Source: Cyanidioschyzon merolae (Eukaryota). From it: DNA of 64,000 nucleotides. The notes under the pieces are model-generated. The model saw only the letters and a program-made list of their open reading frames with translations. It searched no databases and was not told where the DNA came from. Positions 21,803-31,613 of the stretch are shown here, in pieces. The number at the start of each line of letters is the position of its first letter. The stretch's first letter is position 1. The position numbers and the translations under genes were made by a program. Where the stretch lies: assembly GCA_000091205.1 (NCBI GenBank), contig AP006486.2; one strand, 5' to 3'.

Positions 21803-22873
21803 ATGTTGAGCAGTGCAGTTCAAGGTTTAAGCTTTCTGAATCGACAACGACGACTGTTGCCGCTGCTGCTGCTGCAACGCTGGTCTCGTTGCGAGCTGGC
21901 AACTGCAGTCAAACCGAAAGCAGAGACCGGCGCTGCTGATGATGCCGTTGCAACTGAACATGACTCTTGGAGCCGGGCGACTTGTCAAGAAGCCGAAAGT
22001 CCTCCACAGCGAACCGCTGAGCACGCCAGTTTGCTCGTTTCCGAGATATTTGCGTCGATCCAGGGCGAGGGTCCCTTTTGCGGTTCACCTTCGATTTTTC
22101 TACGCCTCGGTTTATGCAACTTAGAATGCATCTGGTGTGACACGAAATACACTTGGTTATTTAGCGAGCAGCGCCTAGCCCGGCTGCAGTCCCGTAGTCG
22201 CGCCCGTGACGGCAGTGCCACAACACCCGGTTCAAGTCAGCAGCAGGAGCAGCCGCTTGCGTCGCAGAAAGCCAACTTCTGTACAGTTTTTGATAGACAC
22301 AAGGAGCTGCGACGGCTCTCTATAGAGGAAGTTTGCAGATGCATCGAGCTCGCCCGGGAAGGAACGCGAGCAGATGCTGTAGTGGTCACTGGGGGTGAGC
22401 CACTTCTGCATCTAAAACCTCTACGACCGCTCGTGAAGCATCTCGTACAGGATCTCGAGCTGAGAGTCGAATTCGAAACGAACGGCACGATCATGCCGCA
22501 GGTCCTGCTTGATGTCGATCACGAAGCGAAACAGCGAATCCACTTCAATGTTTCACCTAAGCTAGCGAATTCGCTTCAGTCAGCAAAACAGCGATTGCGA
22601 TGGGATATACTCCATTACTACGCGACCCAGCTTCCGCACCAATCAATCTTCAAGTTCGTTGTTGATCGCGAAGAAGACCTCGCTGAAGTGGAAATGATTG
22701 TGAATGAACTGCAGTTACCGAGGACCCGCGTCTGGCTCATGCCGCAAGGCACGACAAGCGAATCGCTCGCACTTGCTGCCAGAGAACGAGTCATCCCTTG
22801 GTGTCTGCGCCTCGGCTTCCGCTACAGCCATCGTGTCCATATCGCGATATGGAATGATCGCAGAGGAGTCTAG
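21803..22873 (+). CDS. queE: 7-carboxy-7-deazaguanine synthase (QueE)-like radical-SAM enzyme with an N-terminal extension
   Basis: Matches E. coli QueE blocks from memory: IFASIQGEGPFCGSPSIFLRLGLCNLECIWCDTKYTW (Cx14Cx2C cluster), VVVTGGEPLLH, ETNGT, NVSPK, and a C-terminal RLGFRYSHRVHIAIWN. A roughly 90-aa N-terminal extension and an internal low-complexity insert are present. Confidence 0.85.
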   Translation: MLSSAVQGLSFLNRQRRLLPLLLLQRWSRCELATAVKPKAETGAADDAVATEHDSWSRATCQEAESPPQRTAEHASLLVSEIFASIQGEGPFCGSPSIFLRLGLCNLECIWCDTKYTWLFSEQRLARLQSRSRARDGSATTPGSSQQQEQPLASQKANFCTVFDRHKELRRLSIEEVCRCIELAREGTRADAVVVTGGEPLLHLKPLRPLVKHLVQDLELRVEFETNGTIMPQVLLDVDHEAKQRIHFNVSPKLANSLQSAKQRLRWDILHYYATQLPHQSIFKFVVDREEDLAEVEMIVNELQLPRTRVWLMPQGTTSESLALAARERVIPWCLRLGFRYSHRVHIAIWNDRRGV

Positions 22874-25800
22874 CTACATTGTCGCCGCTCGGCAATAGAT
22901 TGATCAGTTGCGTCTGGACGCGCAAGGTCAGCTTCTGCATACACACTACCGAGCCCATTTACTCTTGCAAATAGAATGGTATGTAGCTCGCTCGATTCCT
23001 CAGCTTTCATGGAGCGCGTGGCTTTCGTGAAGCGCAGCTACCAGCATAGCGGCGAGTTCCGGAACACCTGCACCAGCATGCGTATTTGCACCTGATTGTC
23101 CTCCTCATCGATATTCAATAGAAGAAATGTATCTCGTAGATCGGAGGAAGGTCGCGGAAAGAGTTTATGCTGTGACTGCTCGCTTGTGAAAAACGGGCCA
23201 ACTTGTACAAGTCAGTCTTTGTATGGTCAGCAAACGGATGAACACCAGTCTCGATGTCTAAGCCTGTGCATCAGAACCCTAAACCCTACTTGTAAAACGC
23301 TGTCAACGCGAATGTCATGTCGTCGGCCCACTCCTCTCCATAGATGCAATGGGGAGTACCACAACAGAAGCCAGGCGGTTTCAGGTTTCCCCAGCATGGA
23401 TTTCAATCGCGGTGAAGAGACACGGATTCACAAAAAGAAAAAAGCACGCCTCTACGGGGGATTGTCTTGCATTGCACAAAAAACTACCGATTTCGCTCCG
23501 AAATGCGACGGTGTGTTACGTCAGGGAAGGATGCTCGTCGCCATCGATGAGAATTTATTCGGACGACATGCTAGACCTCTGAGTGGGTTCTCGAAGAGGG
23601 GCAAACAGTTGTTCATCCGGCACAGACAACAGAGCATAACGACAATATCAGGCATATCAGCGATTCAAACGTGTGGTCGCCTTTAAAGCGCCAGACGGTA
23701 AAGTTTGCTCAACATCTCATTCTTCGTTGAAACACCTCGTGGCTTCCCCTTCCCAAATAACTCTGTCTTGCTGCCGGACAACGTCGCTGTCTATAACTCA
23801 GAAGCGGTCAATGAGCATGCAACTGCGATTGGCCTTGAGCTGCTGTATCGCTAGCCTAAGCTCACGGGTCAGTACACGAGCCGTTCGCAGTGATCAAACC
23901 GAAGTTGTTCGACAACTCGTTCTGTACTCTATTCACGAGCCTTGAACTGCCGTGTTGCTTGCTGGCTCGCAAACGAGAAAGAGCGAGAAAACGCACTCGG
24001 ATCCGGCGGTATGCGCGCGACGGAAAGCTACTTGTGGATTAGAAAATACGTATGCAGAAAGATGAGCTGGATTCGCTCCATCTAACCAGTGCGTACGAAT
24101 CCGGAAGAACAAAACGAATATAGAGTATAACGACAGCATCCATGTGAACACGCTATGACAATTTGAAGCAGCAGAGAGCAACGGAGAAAGAAGAGCGAGA
24201 TCTTCCCGAAAAGATCACCAGAAAGATCAGGAAGCACATTCTCTTGGAGCGGAAACATGAGTTTGATACGCAACTGGAAAATCCTGCTTAGCAGAACGTA
24301 TGAACCGGGTGAAACTTCCGAAAACTGAAGTGCAGGTTGCCGTTCATCGTAGCGTTCCATCTGTCTAGGGTGACAATTGTGACGCATCTTTCGACTTGAT
24401 GCAAGTCGTTGAGCAACGGGTTGTAAAAGTAACGGACGTAGACCTGCCAGCTGTCCATTTTCCTGTGGAAATTTTGATCGAACATTCGAGCGACGACACA
24501 CCTGATGCTTGGGACAGAAGATGCAACCCGACCAGATCGAATGAATCATGGATGTGCGGAAACGCTGCCAAACATACTTTGACACGTCGATGGGCGACGT
24601 TGATGGTCAGAACGTCAACAGCTCAGGTGCCAACGAATATCAAACAACCTAGAAAATCATATGCCGGTCGATCAAGAGCGCTTCATCAAGCACAACCTGT
24701 AGGCGTGACAGCCTCACCTAATTTGCGCAGAAAAATTGGCACTCATGGAAGGGATTCCTGGTGTGCAGATAGATACGAATGACGAGCTGGCGCCTGAAAA
24801 GGTAGAAATGGTGGCGAGCTCGGAACAGAGGTCGCAACGACAGCCAGAGTCGCTGCAGATCACCCAAGCGTATCGTGTTGCTGTCGACCGCGGATTGACG
24901 CACGTCGTGTCCAAAGAAGAGTTGAGAAGCGATGCGGGCGTGTCTTGCATCTTGCGCTGCCAAGTTTCCGCGGATAGAGACCTCTCGAGCAAAGCAGACT
25001 TGCTTCGCAGAGTCCGGGCGCCCGTGTCTCCTTTAGCGTCTATTCGACGCAATCCGAATTCGACACATCAGGGACCATGATATCACCCTAGACGCTCATG
25101 ATATGGAAGGCCCATGTAGTGAGATGTATTTCGTCTCTGCGAGCAAGGATGCAACATTCGAACGAATTCAGATATTTCAGTGGCGGGACTCCTTCAAGAC
25201 TTTCCGTTTACGGTAAGGAAATGGAGATCACTTTACACGAACGATTGAGACGCACGGCGTATCGTTCTGCATGTGCCTGCTCGAAGTCGGCAAGCCCGGT
25301 CTGCATTGCGTATCGGAGGCCATGTTCAACTGCGCAAGACAGATGGAGAGGTAGGCATCGTCAACGGCAAGCATCCAAAGCTGGTCAACGTTTCTATTGT
25401 ATGCTATTGTAAACAGTCGGGCATAAAACACCCCAGGTCGCATACCACCTACTAAAATGATGGTGTCAGGACGCCTGTCGACACCCTTAGCTCCGTCTCA
25501 GGCGGAGGAGATGCGATGCACGCTTCATCCAGACAGAGTACACGAGCGTCCAAATGGCGTACGCAGACGAGCTTCGCCAGGAGTTCATGCGCCCGTGCTA
25601 GGCTGCCGGAGCTCTCTGAGGTCCGCAGTCAAGATGCATGCATTCACCGAATTCCTTGCATCGTTCGAAATGGAAATAATCTATCTTTCGCGTCCTTCAG
25701 TTGTAGTCCATGACGCTGCACCTACTCTGTCACGCAAGGGCGAGCACTTCTGTCCGTCCGATGGGAGCGCACAACGAGTGTATGAGTCAATGCTTCGAGA

Positions 25801-26598
25801 TTTCCAGTGATGCATTCATGACGACTTTCACGCATCACGAGCGCGGGTGCTCGCTGCATGAGGTAAACAAAAAATGAGCGTTAAACAGAGAGTGATGCAC
25901 GCGATGGTGTACAGTTCGCTGACTGAACGTCAGATAACGAGACAGTCGAAGAGGCGTTGCTTGTCATCGCATGATGCCAACCGCGACCATACGCGCAAGC
26001 ACCTTCAGCACCGAGGCTCTGCGCCTCGGTAGGCATCCGAATATATCTCGTGCTTCCAGAGCGTGCAGTAGTTTTGTTTCGAGCATTTTATCGAGTGAAT
26101 TCTTTAGCACTAAATGTGGGCGTTGTGCTTCAATGCTGCAGACTTGCAGTGAAAAACAACTGTAGCCCGGAGAGTGCAGTGGATTCTCACCTCCAGTACG
26201 GCACTGGTGTGGAACGGTTCAGCAATCCAGCTGCACGCCTGGAACGCCGCACACATGCACCGTGAAAGAATCTCCCAGGGGAATTAGCTGATGATACTAA
26301 TGCTCGGTAATTCGATGGTGCTGAGTATACGAGCACGAGCATCCAAAAAACAATACACTCTTCAAGGGCCTGTATATAACGCAGCTTCCAACGCCGGCAC
26401 TTTGTGTGCGTTATGGCGCACTGAGTCACCGGCCGATGAACCGATCCTTTCGCGTGAGAGAGCTCCCACTAACGCTGACCTCTTCGCTGTGCAGAATATG
26501 CGGCATCGGTGCGTTCTGCTTGACGCACAACCTTCCTAAAGACAATGCATTTCTAGCGAGCGAACCTCTGACGCAGCGCGGGTAAACGCAGTTACGTG

Positions 26599-28332
26599 TC
26601 AGTTGCGTGCACGCATCCGTGCGCTGCTTTCCAACATCATATCTTTGAACGCGTCCCGTGCCGCGTTGACGGCCATCGCATCGAGCCACTTTTTCGGAAT
26701 ATATACAACAGGTTGAAAGTCTATCGTCAGAGACATGTAACAAGCCGGCCGTTGCTGCTGCTGTGGAGCAGCAGCAGCAGCAGCAGCAGTAGCAGCAGCG
26801 CCAACCTCGGACACTGGTCGTATTTCCCAGTTGGCAGCATACCGACGCACGCCTTGGCCGCTGATGAACACGAAATTCACAGCTCCGCGGCTGGGGTATT
26901 CCTCTGCTCGCAGCAGCATTTTCGCTTTCACCGTGAAAATCCACAGCGACCGTGACTGCGTGGTGCGAATCAGAGAGATGCGCCCGTGCTCACCCTGGTG
27001 ACTCTCGACGATTCGACATTGCTCGACGCCTCGGCAAAACTTGCCATAATGTTCATAATCTGTAACGGTTTGAAAGGCGACGGATTCGCTGACACCAGGC
27101 ACAGAGGCGGAGGCGCGTACTCTGCGATGCGTCCCTTCGCTGAGCTCAATCACCGTGTCGATCTCCAGCGAATCCAGAGTTTGCAACCTCCGCTCAGACG
27201 CCGCATCCTCGAGCTCCAATTGAGATTGCCACCAATCCGCTAATGATCCCGTGTACATCACGGGAATGATCTGAAAAGTCTCCCATGGGCCAGCCTGCTT
27301 GCGATCACATCGGACGCTGAAAAAGCCGCTTGGTCCCATCCGCGACTGGTCTGCGCAAAGGAAGCCCCATCGGGATTCGAGTTGAATGATATTGCGTGGG
27401 TATGCACGCACCACAAAGTACTCCGCAGCATGTGGTAGATTTGAATGCGCAATCACATGCTTACCGCAATCATGTGTCGCGAGCAAATATCGACCAGAGA
27501 CATCTCGAATCAGTGCGGTTCGGGACATGTCTGCGTATTCAAAGAAGAATGGCGACGGTTGGACACTCTGAGAACTGCGCTTCGCGCGATGTTCATGATG
27601 CCACGGCAGCGCGACAAGTTGTCCAGTGAAGAGCACTCCGCACCATAACCATCCTGTATCCCTTCCATAATAGTTCCTTGTGCGGATAAATGCCGCGAAT
27701 CGGCAGGTAAGCGTCAAGGAACGCTCGATTCCAAACGTTGGAAGGAGCTCCAACTGGAAGCATTCCCAGCGTTTTGCATGCACTTTGTCTGCCACCACGC
27801 TCCCAGACCTAGGATTCGCTGAAAGGTAACGTGCTCCTACACGAATATATACGACCGCTCGCTGCGCGTCCGTCCCGCCAGCCTCAAAAGCGACGGATAG
27901 GTGTTGGGGGCAGGCGGCCTCATCGTCGTTGGCACCCTGCGGCACGGTGCTTTCCACGGCGGCCTCTATGCGAAGGATTCTCCCTTGGAGGTCGGTGAGC
28001 TTCCAAGGCCCTTCGGCAACCTCAGGCAAGTGCAGCAGCAAAACCGTGGAGTTCACCGCACCACGCTGTCTTTTCAGCGCGCGGAGGCAGCGTTCGTCCC
28101 TGCCTAGCTCAGGGCCTGGAACGGCTGCAAGATAGAGGCCGCGGGTGCAGCGCACCCTGACGGCCAGAACCTGCGACGGGTGCAGTCGATCAGCAGGCAC
28201 AGAGCTGGCGGATTTCTCTCTCCTTTCCTGCGAGGCGCTGAACAGCGAGGCACCTTGCCAGCCCAGGCTTTGCAGCGTTCGCCAGGTGTACCCAAAAGTG
28301 CGCGTATAGTTTTGGAGTGTTTGGAGAAGCAT
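26599..28332 (-). CDS. Hypothetical protein with internal repeated W-E-x-F-Q segments and a possible C-terminal SRPBCC/START-like fold
   Basis: 577-aa uninterrupted ORF with protein-like composition. Segments RWECFQLELLP and GPWETFQIIPV suggest a beta-trefoil or fascin-like repeat, but this is a weak call. A poly-Ala/Gln tract is present. Confidence 0.5.
   Translation of the reverse strand: MLLQTLQNYTRTFGYTWRTLQSLGWQGASLFSASQERREKSASSVPADRLHPSQVLAVRVRCTRGLYLAAVPGPELGRDERCLRALKRQRGAVNSTVLLLHLPEVAEGPWKLTDLQGRILRIEAAVESTVPQGANDDEAACPQHLSVAFEAGGTDAQRAVVYIRVGARYLSANPRSGSVVADKVHAKRWECFQLELLPTFGIERSLTLTCRFAAFIRTRNYYGRDTGWLWCGVLFTGQLVALPWHHEHRAKRSSQSVQPSPFFFEYADMSRTALIRDVSGRYLLATHDCGKHVIAHSNLPHAAEYFVVRAYPRNIIQLESRWGFLCADQSRMGPSGFFSVRCDRKQAGPWETFQIIPVMYTGSLADWWQSQLELEDAASERRLQTLDSLEIDTVIELSEGTHRRVRASASVPGVSESVAFQTVTDYEHYGKFCRGVEQCRIVESHQGEHGRISLIRTTQSRSLWIFTVKAKMLLRAEEYPSRGAVNFVFISGQGVRRYAANWEIRPVSEVGAAATAAAAAAAPQQQQRPACYMSLTIDFQPVVYIPKKWLDAMAVNAARDAFKDMMLESSARMRARN
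26755..26812. repeat. Trinucleotide (GCN/CAG)n tract inside a CDS
   Basis: gctgctgctg..cagcagcagcagcagcagcagtagcagcagc encodes AAATAAAAAAAPQQQQ in the minus-strand ORF. Confidence 0.6.
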
Positions 28333-29059
28333 GCAAGCGAAAGTAAACGAGGATCTTCTGAAAAAGTTAAACTCCGTACAAAGACCCTGAAAAGCGACTC
28401 ATTGGTTAGACAGTCTTCCGCTAAAAGACCCAAGAATATTGGCGCAGTTTATGGAGGATTTATGCGCCTCGCCTCATCGCTGTTTACCGTCCGATACGCT
28501 GGTGCACCGGCATGCTGTCCAGCGAATGCCATTTCATGTCATGCCATATGTTTGCCAGGTTGCTATGCGAAAAAGACCAGAAAAGATCCTTTTCCTAACA
28601 CAATTTACGGGCCAATGCTTCAAGTCAAATTGAGGCACTTGGATCATCGCTGGAGTTTGCCGGCACTTTCGCTAACCAAGAACGGAGTCGTCCTGCCTGG
28701 CGGGGTGCGCTCCCGCACTGCTGCTCTCCGCTCCACCAGCGACATGGAGGCAGTCGTCGCTTCAGGCAAGCGATGGCGGCAGAAGATCGCATACCCGCGC
28801 TTCGAGTCAGCGGGCGGACCCTTCTATACATCACCTGAAATGATGGACAAGAAGCGGCGCCCTTGCATCGTGGACCAAACATATGAGCCACAAACTCCGT
28901 CGAGCAGGGGTAAAGGCGCACGCGTCTGCAGTGCTCGATCCATTTGCGCTATACGGAAGCCAGTGGGCGCATTCTGTTCATTTTACAGTATCGGACGCAC
29001 CAGAAATACAAACAGGGTCAGTTCGATCCATCCATATCGAACAGAGCATACAGCGCATT

Positions 29060-31528
29060 CTAGGTGCAAGACGGACGCCCCGGCACCGATGCATACCATC
29101 GATCAATGAAATCCTGTCGCTCGGGATCTCGAAACTGGAGCGTAAAGAGGTAGATCACAAGGGCGGCAAAAATCCACCGAAAGGGCACGACGGCGATCAG
29201 TAGAGCGCTCACCACAAGCCCATAGATGTACTGGCGGGTTCGTGCGGGATCCCGCCACAGATGGATGCTCTCGAACTTTTCCAAGTGTCTGTTCATGTGC
29301 TGCAACCAGACTTGCGTCGCTACTAGCCCGTGATGGATACGCACAAAGAAGCCGCTGAGGTACGAGGCCTTCATTTTCGAAGATTCGGACAACGATTCAT
29401 GTTTTGGATTCTGCACAGCCTTCCTGACCGATAAAAGAAGGCCGCAGTAACCAAGAATCGCCAGCGGTATCAGGTACGTCACAGCGTCCAGCAGCACAAC
29501 GAAAAGCAGAAAGAGGAAGATTGCAGCGGACACCGCCGGTCGGTCCCAGCGAATCACATAGCAAACAGCATCGAGCATGCAGCCTATGGGGGCCACCAGC
29601 TCTATGAAGGTCGAGATCTGGTTGCCCAGTGAAACTATGTCCAGGGTTTCAGTGTCGCGATCGCCTTGCCTCCGCCGATTTGCCTCCATATTCATGTTCA
29701 CCCGTTGCATTGCTCGAACAAACCACCAGGAGCGTTCACCGGCTGTAATGCGATGAGCAGCATCAACGTATTTCCGAAATGCAGCTCGTCTGAGCTCGCG
29801 GCCGCGCAAGTCATCAACAGACATGGGGTGGTGTTCGACGACCACGTCCGCTTCAGATGCAACACTAAAGATGAATAACGAACGCGGTAGACGTCCGCTT
29901 AATACACGTTTCAGTGCCCTGCTACGCAAAATATTCAACCTAGCGATGCGTGCAAATGCCGGAGTTGGACACTGAACGATTGCCTCGAAGCTTGACGCTG
30001 GCACTTTAACGCCTGCGGTCTGCGCTGTAGTCGAAGCCGCGAGTGATGCGTTCGGCGAGCAGTCACGCATCCGCGAGAGGCGCTGGCCCCGCTGCTGCGT
30101 AACTCCAGGGCTTGCCTCCTCTGCGAATCGCGTCGTCTCTGCCAGATCCAGAGCTTGTCGAAGCCGGACACTCGAGCTCGTTTCGTCTACGCTCATCACG
30201 ATGTTTGCATCAAGGTGATCGACGTGATGTTGCTTGCTCGCTACATGGGCGGCGACCATCTCGCGAATGTACATCACCCACGCATCCCGGAGACGTGTTG
30301 AACGAAACTCGTTAAACGAGAGCACCAAACCTTTGTCGATCGCTCCAGTGGGTAGCAGCTTCGAGAATGGACCGTTGACATTCTTCTCAAGGTTCTTCGG
30401 CACGGTGAAACTGATCACGACAGCATCGCGTCGCAAAACCGGCAACTCAGTGGATTTCACTTCTCGGATCATTGAGAGTGGGACCAAGAAGTGCCCCCAG
30501 CCGAGGCTCGCTGCGAAACAGAGGTATCGCTCCGAGAGAAACAATTTTCCGAAGATCGGTATCGTGCCAGAGTGATCAAAAGCGGCTCCGGCCTTGACCA
30601 GTGGTTCGGCGTGGTCGATTCCGAAAAGGCGTTTCGCCTCAGTCCATTCGGGCTTTGTTTTGGAGAAAATCTTGCCCAGTGCGATTAAGAATTCATCCCA
30701 GACTGCGAAGCTTACATGCGCCTCCGAAGGTTCGCCCTCGGTCAACGTACCGGACGTGAAATCCATGTCACGTTGCTCCAAAGAGACGTTTTGCCTTTCT
30801 GTAAACTTTCCCGTCTTGTCTCCACCGTACATAGAATCTGTGGCTGCCTTTGAGCTTGCCTCTGACAGCGTCTGAAAGACGAGCTCCACAACAGCACTAT
30901 CCGCCACCGGGGTCATCAGAGGCGCATACCGAACGAACTCGGCAAGGTACGCTCGACCTTCACCAGAGCGGTCCATCAGGTTGAACGTCCAGGAGCGCGA
31001 GTTCTGCATAGCCAAGGCATCCCGTTCGCGCAGGGTGCGCATAAGAACGTAGTCTACAAAGTCGCGCGGTGCGTTCAAGCCCAGGTCCTCGAGGAGACGA
31101 GCCCTCGACGGTACCGTGTTTCTGGAGCGACCCTGGACTGGCGCCCCGAGATCTCCATGCTGCAAGTATTCAGCATAAGCGTGTCGCAAACTCTCGAGAC
31201 TGGACTCGAGGAGCTCCGCACAGGCCTCAGCAAGCGCCAACCGCCACTGAAGAGCCCGCGAGTCCGCAGGCCCCTTCGAGGACGGCTCGCTTTCAGCGTT
31301 CGCACGCCAACCAGTCTCGTGGGGTTCTTGTTCACCGCTGGCGTGCTGACTGTGCCCAGAAGAAGGCCTCTTGGATAGGGTTTTCGAAGGAGTCCACAAC
31401 GGAGGCAAGTCACTTGCCATAAACAAAAAGCAGAGCGCTTCGCATATCGACTGCACGTTCAACACCGGCAGGTGTTGTCGATGGAGCGGTGGCGGCTCGG
31501 GGCATGTCGTTCGGGGCACTGCAGACAC
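29060..31528 (-). CDS. GRAM domain-containing membrane protein with an EF-hand-like loop and C-terminal transmembrane hairpins
   Basis: 822 aa. GRAM-like block IFGKLFLSERYLCFAAS; 12-residue EF loop DRSGEGRAYLAE; two long hydrophobic C-terminal segments (AAIFLFLLFVVLLDAVTYLIPLAILGY and YIYGLVVSALLIAVVPFRWIFAALVIYLF). Confidence 0.65.
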   Translation of the reverse strand: MSAVPRTTCPEPPPLHRQHLPVLNVQSICEALCFLFMASDLPPLWTPSKTLSKRPSSGHSQHASGEQEPHETGWRANAESEPSSKGPADSRALQWRLALAEACAELLESSLESLRHAYAEYLQHGDLGAPVQGRSRNTVPSRARLLEDLGLNAPRDFVDYVLMRTLRERDALAMQNSRSWTFNLMDRSGEGRAYLAEFVRYAPLMTPVADSAVVELVFQTLSEASSKAATDSMYGGDKTGKFTERQNVSLEQRDMDFTSGTLTEGEPSEAHVSFAVWDEFLIALGKIFSKTKPEWTEAKRLFGIDHAEPLVKAGAAFDHSGTIPIFGKLFLSERYLCFAASLGWGHFLVPLSMIREVKSTELPVLRRDAVVISFTVPKNLEKNVNGPFSKLLPTGAIDKGLVLSFNEFRSTRLRDAWVMYIREMVAAHVASKQHHVDHLDANIVMSVDETSSSVRLRQALDLAETTRFAEEASPGVTQQRGQRLSRMRDCSPNASLAASTTAQTAGVKVPASSFEAIVQCPTPAFARIARLNILRSRALKRVLSGRLPRSLFIFSVASEADVVVEHHPMSVDDLRGRELRRAAFRKYVDAAHRITAGERSWWFVRAMQRVNMNMEANRRRQGDRDTETLDIVSLGNQISTFIELVAPIGCMLDAVCYVIRWDRPAVSAAIFLFLLFVVLLDAVTYLIPLAILGYCGLLLSVRKAVQNPKHESLSESSKMKASYLSGFFVRIHHGLVATQVWLQHMNRHLEKFESIHLWRDPARTRQYIYGLVVSALLIAVVPFRWIFAALVIYLFTLQFRDPERQDFIDRWYASVPGRPSCT

Positions 31529-31613
31529 CGCCGTGTACTGTGGAGCTGCGAAAACGTACCGGTTCGCGAGTCGCCCTCCCTACAGGTGAATTCTGCTATT
31601 GCGCTAGTCTTTT
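31529..31613. promoter_or_regulatory. Candidate bidirectional promoter between divergent GRAM-protein and GLDH genes
   Basis: Only 85 bp separate the two divergent start codons. The call is inferred from gene arrangement alone. Confidence 0.3.
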
